Shown here: positions 8,154 to 18,740 of the stretch, piece after piece
How the letters are laid out: each line of letters begins with the position of its first letter
How positions within the stretch are numbered: position 1 is the stretch's first letter
Assembly: GCA_037140175.1 (NCBI GenBank)
Contig: JBAXEY010000002.1
Location: forward strand, 1-47,403
Length of the DNA stretch: 47,403 bases
Source of the DNA: a bacterium
GTDB taxonomy: Bacteria > Patescibacteriota > CPR2 > UBA1875 > CAIMLA01
Direction: 5' to 3'
Notes under the pieces: model-generated
The model's input: the letters and a program-made list of their open reading frames with translations, nothing else
The model's database searches: none
Told to the model about the DNA's origin: nothing
Program-made: the position numbers and the translations under genes

Positions 8154-11100
8154 TTATCCTACTGGCAATAATACTGTGACTTTGGTTCCTTGGTTTTCTT
8201 GTGACTTGATGGCGATATCGCCGCCCATATAGTTAGCTACTAATTTTGCAATAAATAGATTCGTCCCCATCCCTTGATAGTTAAACTGCATCAAATCCGT
8301 CGTATGAGAAAACGGCTGGAAAAGCATTTTTTGTCCTTCTTCAGAAATACCAATTCCTGTGTCTTCGATTGATATTTCCACATCTTTCCCGCCATTGTGG
8401 GCAGAGATATCGATCTGACCGCTATCTTTATTAAACTTGGCAGCATTGTCTATCAGGCTGGATAGGATAAAGAATAATTTTTGTTTATCAGCAGAGACAC
8501 CAATGTTTTTTTCTGGCAAATTTACTTTTATTCCTTTGGCCGCAATCTCTGATTCTTCTGCTTTAAGGCTTTGGCTGATAAGTGTGCTGGTATCGAGTTT
8601 CTGATTTCGCAAACCGGCTTTGCCTGCCTCAATGCTGGATAGGAAAGCAAATTTAGCTATCATCGATTTCATGTCAGCAATTCCTTTTTGAATCTCTTTG
8701 ACAGCTGTTTTATCTTTTACTTCGCTAATTTCGCCTTCGAGAATATTTACTTCCTTCTCCAAATCATTAGCGACTTCTGTTATAAAACGATTTCTAGCTT
8801 CATCCACAGCGACTTGTTGGGCAATCAATAAATCAAATTTTGTTTTATTGGCTTTCTGCGTTTCTCGCTTTCGAAGCGCAGTGAAAAGAACGACTCCCAA
8901 TATTACAAAGAAAGTACCCTGGATAAGGTAATTAACTACATTAATGTTAATACTAGCAACCGTCTCAAATAAGAAATTGGCTATTACCACCGTTAAAGCG
9001 ACAAAGATGATCGGCAAGATCAGTAAAGGCGAGGTATATATTCTAATTTTTTCTTGTTTAACCTCTGGCATGTTGATTGATTTCAAATAACTATTTTTGT
9101 CCACCTCGCCAAAGATATACTCAACCTTATTCGCTATCGCCTGGACTGAGCCTCGCAGCAATACTGCCGTCGCGGCCGTAACTTTATTTATCGTAAGGTA
9201 GAGGTCTACTCCTGAGTTAATAATCGTCATTGGCGTTCTAAGATAATGCGAGGATAATACCATAAAACTTTCCTTCTGGGTTGCTATGTTTTTTTCAAAG
9301 TCTAGTAATTTAACAAGTTTTTGAGCGTTGAAGGCCTCATTCTTGGCTTGTGCACCCAACCGCCAGATTAATATACCTAACAGGATAAAGAGTAAATACG
9401 GGAAGAAGTAGGCCACTGGTGGAGGAGTACTAGCTATAAACTGTTCCGCTCGATCAAAGACATTTGCCAAAATTGCACCAAAATCCTCAAGAAGAAGCTT
9501 GAAATCTTGAACTACTAGAGCAAAAAAACCGAGTTCTACTTCTTTCTTTTCTGGTTCAGTAAAGTTACTAACACCCAGAACTTTAACGCTTGCAGAAAGG
9601 TCGTGTTGGGTCACAAAATCTTTTCCTTGAGTAGTTTCAGCCCCAATAACGATCGAACAATAAGCGACTCCGTCCTCGATATAGCAATTATCTGCGTTGA
9701 CTGATTCGTTGTTGTCGAGAACATCTTCGATTTTGTAGCCTTTGTTGGGAGTAACGGTGAAATTATATCTTTGTCCGTCTTCTATCCCTGTTTCTTGAGA
9801 TTCTGGGGTGATGGTTCCGTTCTCTAATACTTGAGTAGTCACATTTGCATACTTAACAACAATCGCCTGAATAGTGTGGTTGGCATGGATGTTGTAGAAA
9901 GTATATGTGTTGACTGGTCCAACAGAGACCCCATCAACTAGAACATCTTTAACTCTTGAATTAGGAGAGAGAGCTAGGTTTAAGGTTATCATCCCTCCAT
10001 CAATAGAGTAGAAGCTCTGCCATGATTGCCAAGAAGCAACCTCGCCGTATGGCGTTCCGGTGCCGATAACCCTATCTGGCAAGAGGTAACTGACTGAAGC
10101 GGCCAGAGAATGATAAACAGTTGGAGGGACTACTGGAGGAACAACTGGGGGAATAATAGGAGGAACGACTGGACCATCGTTTGATGCAAAAGTGGCTGAA
10201 ATCGTATGGTTGGAATCTACATTAGTGAATCCATAAGAACTAGCTGCACCGATAGAGACTCCATCAACAAGAACGTCCGAGATGTGATAACCAGATGAAG
10301 GTGAGATATTAAATGTGAGATTATCTCCTAGAGTAACGGTATTTTCGCCAGAAGGTATTATTGAGCCATTCGCACCTGCTGTCCCTACAATCGTGTAGGT
10401 AGGCGCAACATAGTTTGGGTTGTAAAACCATAGCTCTTCTCCGTTAATTTCATCATCGTGAAAATAATAAAGTACGTCCTCCATTAAGCTGAAGTGATTT
10501 CCAGAACCAATTATTCCGTCTTGTTCTGTTCCCTCGGCTGTACCGTCTGATGTCCAGAGACTTATTGTGCCCTCGCCATCGCTCACGCGAAAATAAAGCA
10601 CATTTCCAGCATTTTCAAAATCCAAAATTCCTCCCATACCTGGTAATATTTCTTTTACCATGTATGTACCGCCAACAGTTCCATCACTTCTCCATAATTC
10701 CCGACCATGAGACCCATCGTCAGCTGTAAAATATAAAATCCCATTCATTTCAATAAAGTCATTGGGATGAGAACCGTCTGAGCCAGGGTTTATGTCCAAA
10801 ACCATTACTAACCCCCCCACAGCGCCATTCATCGCCCATAACTCATAACCATTGAGAGCATCCCATCCTGAACCAAATATATAATCACCAGCAACTTTTA
10901 AAGCGCTGAAGTTAGAGCTTTCAAACAAGAAGGTGGTATCGTTGCCGTCCGTCTTATAATTCGCTTTGTATCCCATCCCATCTTGCACTTCAAAATACAC
11001 TTCATTTTTAAAAGCTATGAAACTGTTAATCTCATATGTGTCATCAAAATGTTCTACTACTCTGGTCCCCGCGGGGCTACCGTCGCTAATCCAAAGATCA

Positions 11101-14100
11101 CAACCCCCACCAGAGCAGGTGGTGTAAAATAAATTATCACCAAACACTATGCTATATCCGACATCCTCAAGTTCCTTTACAAGTACGGTTCCGCTCGAAG
11201 TCCCATCAGACTTCCATAGACTAGCATCCCCTCCAAGGCCTTTGCTCACTGTCATAAACATAATATTGTTTCCAATGTGAAGGTTCCAAATAATAGTCAA
11301 TTCTTCTGGGTGAAAAGGGTCTACTGGATAAAAGTCTTCAACCAAATGTGTACCTCCAACTGTCCCATCTGAAGTCCACAACTCCTGTCCTCCCATGTAA
11401 TTAGCGGTAAAATAAAGCTTATCTTCAAAACTAACTAGCCTGCTAATATTATGTAGACCAGCAGACAAACTGTAGGTTCCTGAATCAGTCCCGTCCGAGC
11501 ACCAAAGCGTATTTGATTCCTCAGATTCGGCAGAGCTAAAAAACAACTTTTCCCCAATAACAGTAATAGGGGAGCCGCCTACAAAATAACTCTCCCAGCT
11601 TCCATCAATATTTTTTACTATACAAGGGCCAGTTCCCGAGCAATAAAAAGGCTGAATCGTATGTGAAGACAAAACATTTGTGAATTGATAAGTAACAGTT
11701 GCGGTGGTTTTTACACCGTCAATAAGAAGATAAGCTAGATAGTACCCTGGGTTTGTGGTGATTGTGTATTCTAAGCTATTACCCCCCTCGGTTATCTCCA
11801 ACCTACCCACTGGAGTGATAGTGCCCCCTGTTCCAGTTACGGAAGTAATTGTATGCTTAAGCGAAAACCAATAAGTGTTATTCCCAGAATCAATGCTATT
11901 GGTTGGATTAATATATTGCTCGCTTAAATTATTATTGTCTTTTATATCCAAATAATCGACCATGATTGTACCTTCGGGATCAATATATGACTGTGTATCC
12001 GTATTGCTACTTCGTAATAGTATCTGATAGCTTGAGTCGCCTTTTACAAACAATTCGCCTTGGATGGTTGTTGTTTTGTTGGCTTCAAAAATCAAAGTTT
12101 TGTCTGAAATAATAGGAGGATCTATCTGAGCAAATTGGACTTCAGAAGCGTCGCCCACGGACTGCTCATATCCGCCAACAATATATACATACCCGTTCCA
12201 GACCGCCCCCCAATGCTCAATCAATGGTTTCGAAATTTTGGCATCTAATTCTTGCCAAATATTAATGTCATGATTTGCATTTATGGTTGTATAGTAAACA
12301 TTGCTTATATAATTTTCATTGTCATCTTGCCCACCAATCAAATAAACTTTATTATTATCTGCTGCCACTGTCGAATAGGATATCGGGAATGGTAGCAATC
12401 TGGCTGAGGCTGACCAGGCTCCTAAGCTTCCATCCAAATTTATTTCAGCAAATTGGGTGTCAGAATAATCCCCAACCCCATATCCACCAACGATGTAAAG
12501 ATAATTATCATAGACGAAGGATACTAGTTCTTCTCGACCACCTACAAACGAATTTCCTGAGATAGTAAAAATTCCAACAGAGCCATCAGCAGGATCAAGG
12601 GTAGCATATTCAGTTATGTTTGTATCCGCTGCCCCGTCTTGCCCGCCAATTACATACAAAAATCCGTTATAGGCTAAGGAAGCTTGATACCTGCGAGAGG
12701 AACTAAGTTCGTTGGTTGCGATAGTCCAAGTTCCGATTGAGCCATCTGAATTAATCTTTGCATATTCAACATCGCTATAATCATTATTGTTATCAAAGCC
12801 GCCTACTACATACAAATACCCGTTATAAACTGCTGATGAATGGTACGCCCTTGCTTTATTCAATAGGTTGGGGCTTATGGTCCAATCGCCAACTGTTCCA
12901 TCGTTATTTATCTTTGTATAACGGACAACATCTAAATAGACACCTCCAGAAACATACCCACCCAGAACATAGATATAACCGTTATATATTTCAATCGTGT
13001 GGCCTTCGATACCAATATCGAGAGACGTTGTGTTGCTAAAATCTCCTAAAACTTTTTGACGATTATCTACTTTAAAATTATTAAATGTTGTTGAGCCATT
13101 AATTTGTTGGCTGCCGATACCAGTAAATTCAATTGATCCATAATTGTGATAGAAACCGACACCTTGGACATTGCTGGGATTATTATTCGTAAAATTCTTA
13201 GCTAGCCTCCAAACACCAGATGTGGCAGTCACTATTGATGTTGCGTCGTTCGTAAAATTACCTCGAAAATCCCAGTTGCCGGTAGACCCGCTCAGCTGAG
13301 CCCCGGCTTGATTAGTAAAATTTCCTATAACTGTTAGCGCTTTTACGAAAAGGAAGCTGGCCGTATTGATATCGACATCTTGACTGAATGTTGCGATATT
13401 GGTTGATGTCAAATAACTGCCGTTAATGACTGTCGTACTTCCATTCACGGTAATGTTTGCGGCAGTAACAAACCCGTATTCGAATTGACCATTTCCATAT
13501 TTATCAACTACCAAAGATCCACCGATATTTAAGTTTTCGCCAATATATGCTTGCCCATGTATATCAGCCAATCCCCCTGTGACAATCGAGTGGTATGTTT
13601 GAATATACAAACGCGTACCGGTCAAGCTCCCTGTGATATTTAGATTTCCAGGGTATATAGAGGAGTCTCCATTAACGTCACCATTTAATACAACATTGCC
13701 ACCGATTGTGACATCGCCCCTATTTTGTCCAGCTATACCAGTATCGATAAATCCTTTTTCAGAAGTAAGGTTGCCATCAATGTCTATGCTTCCATGTATA
13801 TATAATTCCCCATTATTTATTGAGACATTACCGCCAACTTGCAATGAAACGCTATGAATATCGCTTTCCGTGTACAGGTCTTCGGTAATAATCAGGTTAT
13901 TCCCTGCAAATACTGAGCCCGTTGCATCTAATGAGCCATTTATTGTTAAGTTCCCAATGTCGGCGTTGATAAACTCTCTGTTTTCAAAATCAGCATTTAT
14001 GGTTATATCACCAATATCGGTCATAATAGTTCCACTATTAACAGTTTTCCCACCGATAACTATACTGCCAGTGCTGCTATACAAGACACCGTTATTGCCT

Positions 14101-17100
14101 ATTATTAATAGTCCACCAATATTTATATCATTTGCTAGAACGATAAACCCATTAGTTACGACATAGCCATTAACTGTTAGAGTATGACAATTGATGCCTG
14201 ACCCTGGCCCTAATGGTAAAGTGATACCATTATCAACAAACAAATTAGCTACGACACGGATATTTTCATTAACAGTTATGACTCCCGTGTACCCAACACT
14301 ACTCCCGGTATATGTTTGATAAAAGGAAAGTAAATTAACATTCACCGGAACATCTATTGTCACATCTTTTAAGCCCGTGTTATCAAATATTGCTGCATCC
14401 TCCACTCCTGGTGTGTCCAGAGCAGTTGCTCCATTAACTAACCAATTTTCGGGCTCTGACCAATTGTTGGTGATCCCAAGACCAGACCAGTAATAGATAT
14501 CGCCTTGAGCAAATAAAGCCGTTACGTTTATGCCCCCTTGAATATTTAAATCAGTCCTCGAGGGGGTCATTACCCCATCGCTCCAGCCAAGAAAATAATA
14601 ACCGTTTATAACATCTGGTTCTGCTGTGACCTGAGTTCCGTCCGCGCCATAATTAACTGTTTGCGGAGTTGTGCCGTGAAGGTGACTATTCGGCCCAGCT
14701 GTATAAGTCAGGGTGTAAACATTATTATCAAATTGAGCTGTAACAAATATATCGTTCTGAACGTTTAAATCACTCCTAGTGGCAGTCAGAACCCCGTCGC
14801 TCCAAGTTTGAAAATGATAACCAGTATTTGGGACCGCCGTAACTACCGAACCATCTGCACCTTGTTCAACTAATTGGTAAGTAGTCCCTGTAATTGAGCC
14901 ATTAGCGCCAGCCGTATAGGACAAACCAAAAGTCACACTCGGTATAAAGGTTGGGTAACCATTTGCATGAGCATACCAAATGTTGACAAAGTCCCAGGAA
15001 GTAAATGGAAGCCTTGTACTAACGTCAGTACCTTTAAAATAGTTGGTACTACCTTCTAAAATTGGTTGATCGCTCCCACTTCTCCCGTCACCAATACCAG
15101 GGGAATTGTTGATAGCAAAATTAGCTGTTACCGTCAGATCTGACCATACCCCATAGTCTATTCTTGCGGCTGTGGTTACCCCATCACTCCAGGCTATAAA
15201 CATAAAACCAGGGTTAGGTATGGCAATTACTTCTGCTCCATCTGAGCCCTCGTTGGCTAGTTGAGGATTGTCACCTTGAATACTACCATTTGCTCCTGCT
15301 AGATAATTTAAGGTGTAGGTTGTGGAAGGATTGACCTCAAAAGTAGCGGTGACTGTCATGTCGGTTTGAATGTCTAGGTCATTTCTCTCTGCAGTAAGGA
15401 CCCCATCACTCCAACTAACAAATTGATAACCAGCAGCTGGAACTGCTGTGACCTTTAACCCGTCTGCACCTTGGTAAACGGCTTGAGAAGTCACCCCAGA
15501 GATGCTCCCATTCCCAGCAGAACTATAGGTTAAGGTTCGGGATAACAACGGGTCAATCGCAAAAACTGCCGTTACGTTTATATTTGTAATAACATTTAAA
15601 TCAGTCCTCGTAGCGGTAAGGACTCCATCGCTCCACCGAACAAACAGATAACCAACATCAGGGATAGCCGTCACCCCTGAACCATTTGAACCCTGAATAA
15701 TTATTTGGGGTATAGTTCCGCTAATATTGCCATTTGTTCCTGGTGTGTAATTTAAGACATAAGCAGTTATTTGGCTGCCGTACCAATAATTATTAGCCGT
15801 ACTATAATTAAAGTCGCTTCCAAAACCTATTAATCCACCAACCCGGCCTGCATTTTCGCCTACAGTAATATTCCCCGCACTAAAGCAATTTGAAACTCCA
15901 TAATCTCCCGACCAAGGAGCGGTATCTAGCCCAATCAATCCCCCCGTATAAGAATATCCAAATGAGCCTGCTACGTTTGTCACGTCACCAGACGAGTATG
16001 AGTTTCTAACCACTCCCTCGTTTGAGCCGATTAAGCCTCCAACAGTTGGGCTATAGTTCAAATTGTATATACTGCCTACATTGCCCCAAGAATATGTATC
16101 AGAAATATAACTGCCGTCTACAGCATATCCGACTAGCCCGCCAATGTTGTATTTACCAGAGACATCACCCTCAGCATATGATTGTGTAATCGTTCCTCTG
16201 TTTCCACCAACCAGTCCGCCAGCATTGGTTGCCGAGACATTCCCCGTCGCATATGAAGTAGTAATAACTGTTGATCCGTTGCTTTCACCGACTAAACCTC
16301 CAGCCGTCCCAGAAAACCAATTAAACCCAGCAAAAGCGTCACTACCAGTAATATTGACGCTTGAGGAACTGTTCGACATTGTTGAATTGCTCAACCTACC
16401 GGCTATTCCACCATAGGCAGAATACGCCGCTGTTCCATAATATTCAAAACCGAGAGCAACAACTGGGGTTTGAACAAATTGACTCTTGGGGATAACCATT
16501 TCGCAAGTCGCATGGTTATATCCCACTTTACTCGTCAGCCCAAAGCCACATACCCCATAAGTATTATCCATGGCACTGATTACAAATCTTTTGTTTCCAA
16601 CGGTTACGGCAAACCAATCTTTATTGTAATCATTGGTATTATCAACAGTGACGTCTGCCGTAATATAGAGATTAGTGCTATCATCTGAGAAATACAAATA
16701 TACATTCCCCCATGGATGGCCCGTAGAGGGCATAAGATAGGTGGTATATGAAGGTGTAGAGCCATCAGTTTCGCCAATATTTCCATCAGGAATAATCGTT
16801 TTTACGTTTGATCCTAAAGTATAGCTAACCGTCCCATTTTCCGGAAATTGCATCGGTACACCACGACCGTATTCATTGGCCGTCAATTTTAGGGTAGCCC
16901 TAGAAGCGCCTTGGGGCAAAAACCAGGTAATATTAATAGGCTTATTGTGGGAAACGACTACATTATTATCAATCTTTAAAATATCTTCGAGAACGCTTTG
17001 TGTGGTTCCGGAGTAAATAGCCGAGACAGGAGCGAGGTCTACTCCACCGACGCTTAATATCGCTGCATCTATCCCAGCAAATTCATAACGACCATTTTGA

Positions 17101-18476
17101 TTTATCCTCAATGTAAATGAGCCATCAATATTACTGAATATAAAGTTCTTCGTCGTATAATCTACGGCAAATCCCTGATCATAAACTTCTGTAAAAACAC
17201 CATTGGCTAGCCTCTCAATGTGAAAGCTCCCAGCTTCAACTGGTGTAATGCTCCCGCTCGTGTGGACGTTTGTGATTGTTGAATTAGCCGTGATCCATCC
17301 CGCCAAAACACCGTTTAGCCCCCCAACGGCTTTGATAGTGGCATTCCCAATGGTCAGATTTTTAATTTCTCCCCCATCCACATACCCAAATAAGCCGGTC
17401 ATCCCGATAGGGTTTGTTCCTCCGTCTATATAGAGGTTATTAATGGAGTATCCTTTTCCATCGAATATCCCCCCACTAAGGCCCAAGGGCACAAACCCTT
17501 GGTAGTAACCCGGAATTGGGTCACCATTTTCAGGATCTTTATCTATCCAATTCCAAAGTTGAGTATCGGATGCATCTATGTTTTTAATGAGCTCAAAATT
17601 TTGATTTATGTATGGATGCTGATTATACTGGTCCGTAATCCCGATTGATTGAAGCTGCGAAACAGTAGACACCTGGTAGGGGGCGCTAACACTGCCATTG
17701 CCTCCCGCAAATGTTTCTAGAAATCTAGCCGTTATTACACCAGAATTTGCAGGATTAGTTGCAGGGACTGCTGTCCCATCCACTGTGAAATAGTTTTGAG
17801 TTGCTCCATTTAATGTATAGCCTGCTTTCGCTGTAAGGGTAATAGTCGCGATATATGGTGTGCCAGTTGTAAATTTCCCGCTTGGCGGTAATGGCGACCA
17901 GGTAACCAAGCCTGTAAATTGATCAGTCTCGGTAATTGTTGACGTTGGAGTTCCCCCAATTGCTGGGATCCCAACACCATCGATCCATGTATATGCGACT
18001 ATTGACGGGAATACTGCTGTAACAACACCCGATTGAGGATTATTTGTTGAAGTAGCTCCAGAAAGAGAGAAATAATTCTGGGTCACATTGTCTAATGAAT
18101 AACCTTGCTCAGGTGTAAGTGTAATTGTGGCCGTGTATTCCCATCCTGCATAAAACGTCCCTTCAAGTGGACCATTAGTAGTCGACCATGCCACAGTTCC
18201 AGTATATTCCGGCGTTGGTGTGATAGCCGAAACCGGTGTTGCTCCGACTGATGGCGCCGTTACTCCTTGAATGTCAGTCAATGAAATATCAGGGGGTGAG
18301 GCCGCAAAGGCTTTATTGGCTGACACTAATCCGACTGTTAGGGAAATAATAAGGACAAAAAAAGAGACAATACAAAGTCGTATAAGTCCCTCATACAAGG
18401 ATTTACTTTCGGCCGTTTTCTTCCTTCCATTCTTTAGAAAGAGGAGTCTAGTTGGCTTAAGAAATTTTTTAATCAT
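8154..18476 (-). CDS. Giant (3,440 aa) multidomain surface protein with a C-terminal transmembrane histidine-kinase module
   Basis: ATG at 18476 is preceded by AGGAACG. The signal/anchor is LCIVSFFVLIISLTVGLVSANKAFAAS. Approximate modules by nt: Ig-like pair 17720-18300; GLUG-type repeats (GGLVG/GGLIG) about 15790-16420 and 17250-17450; five divergent InlB-B-type repeats (GY.F..WSDGV.TA.R.D.....VTA.F) about 14500-15780; beta-helix-like region about 13060-14480; Kelch-like propeller (NGY.YV.GG) about 12110-13030; ELWxxDGT-type repeats about 10430-11600; Pro-rich linker PPIIPPVVPPVVPP about 10110-10170; further Ig-like domains 9600-10100; kinase module 8157-9425. Domain names come from motif recognition only. 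Confidence 0.9.
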   Translation of the reverse strand: MIKKFLKPTRLLFLKNGRKKTAESKSLYEGLIRLCIVSFFVLIISLTVGLVSANKAFAASPPDISLTDIQGVTAPSVGATPVSAITPTPEYTGTVAWSTTNGPLEGTFYAGWEYTATITLTPEQGYSLDNVTQNYFSLSGATSTNNPQSGVVTAVFPSIVAYTWIDGVGIPAIGGTPTSTITETDQFTGLVTWSPLPPSGKFTTGTPYIATITLTAKAGYTLNGATQNYFTVDGTAVPATNPANSGVITARFLETFAGGNGSVSAPYQVSTVSQLQSIGITDQYNQHPYINQNFELIKNIDASDTQLWNWIDKDPENGDPIPGYYQGFVPLGLSGGIFDGKGYSINNLYIDGGTNPIGMTGLFGYVDGGEIKNLTIGNATIKAVGGLNGVLAGWITANSTITNVHTSGSITPVEAGSFHIERLANGVFTEVYDQGFAVDYTTKNFIFSNIDGSFTLRINQNGRYEFAGIDAAILSVGGVDLAPVSAIYSGTTQSVLEDILKIDNNVVVSHNKPINITWFLPQGASRATLKLTANEYGRGVPMQFPENGTVSYTLGSNVKTIIPDGNIGETDGSTPSYTTYLMPSTGHPWGNVYLYFSDDSTNLYITADVTVDNTNDYNKDWFAVTVGNKRFVISAMDNTYGVCGFGLTSKVGYNHATCEMVIPKSQFVQTPVVALGFEYYGTAAYSAYGGIAGRLSNSTMSNSSSSVNITGSDAFAGFNWFSGTAGGLVGESNGSTVITTSYATGNVSATNAGGLVGGNRGTITQSYAEGDVSGKYNIGGLVGYAVDGSYISDTYSWGNVGSIYNLNYSPTVGGLIGSNEGVVRNSYSSGDVTNVAGSFGYSYTGGLIGLDTAPWSGDYGVSNCFSAGNITVGENAGRVGGLIGFGSDFNYSTANNYWYGSQITAYVLNYTPGTNGNISGTIPQIIIQGSNGSGVTAIPDVGYLFVRWSDGVLTATRTDLNVITNINVTAVFAIDPLLSRTLTYSSAGNGSISGVTSQAVYQGADGLKVTAVPAAGYQFVSWSDGVLTAERNDLDIQTDMTVTATFEVNPSTTYTLNYLAGANGSIQGDNPQLANEGSDGAEVIAIPNPGFMFIAWSDGVTTAARIDYGVWSDLTVTANFAINNSPGIGDGRSGSDQPILEGSTNYFKGTDVSTRLPFTSWDFVNIWYAHANGYPTFIPSVTFGLSYTAGANGSITGTTYQLVEQGADGSVVTAVPNTGYHFQTWSDGVLTATRSDLNVQNDIFVTAQFDNNVYTLTYTAGPNSHLHGTTPQTVNYGADGTQVTAEPDVINGYYFLGWSDGVMTPSRTDLNIQGGINVTALFAQGDIYYWSGLGITNNWSEPENWLVNGATALDTPGVEDAAIFDNTGLKDVTIDVPVNVNLLSFYQTYTGSSVGYTGVITVNENIRVVANLFVDNGITLPLGPGSGINCHTLTVNGYVVTNGFIVLANDINIGGLLIIGNNGVLYSSTGSIVIGGKTVNSGTIMTDIGDITINADFENREFINADIGNLTINGSLDATGSVFAGNNLIITEDLYTESDIHSVSLQVGGNVSINNGELYIHGSIDIDGNLTSEKGFIDTGIAGQNRGDVTIGGNVVLNGDVNGDSSIYPGNLNITGSLTGTRLYIQTYHSIVTGGLADIHGQAYIGENLNIGGSLVVDKYGNGQFEYGFVTAANITVNGSTTVINGSYLTSTNIATFSQDVDINTASFLFVKALTVIGNFTNQAGAQLSGSTGNWDFRGNFTNDATSIVTATSGVWRLAKNFTNNNPSNVQGVGFYHNYGSIEFTGIGSQQINGSTTFNNFKVDNRQKVLGDFSNTTSLDIGIEGHTIEIYNGYIYVLGGYVSGGVYLDVVRYTKINNDGTVGDWTISPNLLNKARAYHSSAVYNGYLYVVGGFDNNNDYSDVEYAKINSDGSIGTWTIATNELSSSRRYQASLAYNGFLYVIGGQDGAADTNITEYATLDPADGSVGIFTISGNSFVGGREELVSFVYDNYLYIVGGYGVGDYSDTQFAEINLDGSLGAWSASARLLPFPISYSTVAADNNKVYLIGGQDDNENYISNVYYTTINANHDINIWQELDAKISKPLIEHWGAVWNGYVYIVGGYEQSVGDASEVQFAQIDPPIISDKTLIFEANKTTTIQGELFVKGDSSYQILLRSSNTDTQSYIDPEGTIMVDYLDIKDNNNLSEQYINPTNSIDSGNNTYWFSLKHTITSVTGTGGTITPVGRLEITEGGNSLEYTITTNPGYYLAYLLIDGVKTTATVTYQFTNVLSSHTIQPFYCSGTGPCIVKNIDGSWESYFVGGSPITVIGEKLFFSSAESEESNTLWCSDGTDSGTYSLSAGLHNISRLVSFEDKLYFTANYMGGQELWTSDGTVGGTHLVEDFYPVDPFHPEELTIIWNLHIGNNIMFMTVSKGLGGDASLWKSDGTSSGTVLVKELEDVGYSIVFGDNLFYTTCSGGGCDLWISDGSPAGTRVVEHFDDTYEINSFIAFKNEVYFEVQDGMGYKANYKTDGNDTTFLFESSNFSALKVAGDYIFGSGWDALNGYELWAMNGAVGGLVMVLDINPGSDGSHPNDFIEMNGILYFTADDGSHGRELWRSDGTVGGTYMVKEILPGMGGILDFENAGNVLYFRVSDGEGTISLWTSDGTAEGTEQDGIIGSGNHFSLMEDVLYYFHDDEINGEELWFYNPNYVAPTYTIVGTAGANGSIIPSGENTVTLGDNLTFNISPSSGYHISDVLVDGVSIGAASSYGFTNVDSNHTISATFASNDGPVVPPIIPPVVPPVVPPTVYHSLAASVSYLLPDRVIGTGTPYGEVASWQSWQSFYSIDGGMITLNLALSPNSRVKDVLVDGVSVGPVNTYTFYNIHANHTIQAIVVKYANVTTQVLENGTITPESQETGIEDGQRYNFTVTPNKGYKIEDVLDNNESVNADNCYIEDGVAYCSIVIGAETTQGKDFVTQHDLSASVKVLGVSNFTEPEKKEVELGFFALVVQDFKLLLEDFGAILANVFDRAEQFIASTPPPVAYFFPYLLFILLGILIWRLGAQAKNEAFNAQKLVKLLDFEKNIATQKESFMVLSSHYLRTPMTIINSGVDLYLTINKVTAATAVLLRGSVQAIANKVEYIFGEVDKNSYLKSINMPEVKQEKIRIYTSPLLILPIIFVALTVVIANFLFETVASININVVNYLIQGTFFVILGVVLFTALRKRETQKANKTKFDLLIAQQVAVDEARNRFITEVANDLEKEVNILEGEISEVKDKTAVKEIQKGIADMKSMIAKFAFLSSIEAGKAGLRNQKLDTSTLISQSLKAEESEIAAKGIKVNLPEKNIGVSADKQKLFFILSSLIDNAAKFNKDSGQIDISAHNGGKDVEISIEDTGIGISEEGQKMLFQPFSHTTDLMQFNYQGMGTNLFIAKLVANYMGGDIAIKSQENQGTKVTVLLPVG
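8157..9425 (-). other. Histidine-kinase module of the giant protein: TM1, His-containing DHp, TM2, TM3, His-less DHp-like helix pair, then the HATPase_c catalytic domain
   Basis: TM1 is VAYFFPYLLFILLGILIWRL. The H-box is FMVLSSHYLRTPMTIINSGVDL, with the His codon at 9246-9248. TM2 is SPLLILPIIFVALTVVIANFLF and TM3 is YLIQGTFFVILGVVLFTAL. The second DHp-like segment is RNRFITEVANDLEKEV, with Asn at 8766-8768 where His is expected. The catalytic domain has an N-box LIDNAAKF, G1 EDTGIGI, F-box LFQPF and G2 GMGTNL. Confidence 0.8.
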
Positions 18477-18740
18477 CGTTCCTGTTTTACGTTTCCTAAA
18501 AATCTATATTTAGCCTTATACCTCCTTTCCATAATGCAAAAGAGGTTAAACGATCGGCTTAATACAATTTCTAAGCGTTAGCTTTTGGTTTCCACCCATT
18601 GTCTTTTTGTCTAGCTTTTGTTTTGGTTTGATCTTTTTGTTTTTGCGAAATTTTTCTTTTTGTCTTTGTCCAACCGTTGTTATTTTGACAACCGTTGGCT
18701 CCTTTTCTATCTGATATAACCACAAATAAAAAAGGACAGC

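Noticed and set aside
8001-8156. The two giant ORFs are in the same reading frame, separated only by the TAA at 8154-8156. This could suggest read-through into one protein of about 5,760 aa.
   Set aside because: The in-frame spacer translates to Lys/Asn-rich low-complexity sequence produced by an A-rich intergenic region. It is followed by a recognisable RBS and a leader/signal module homologous to the N-terminus of gene 2. Sharing a frame has a 1-in-3 chance, so I treat them as two genes.
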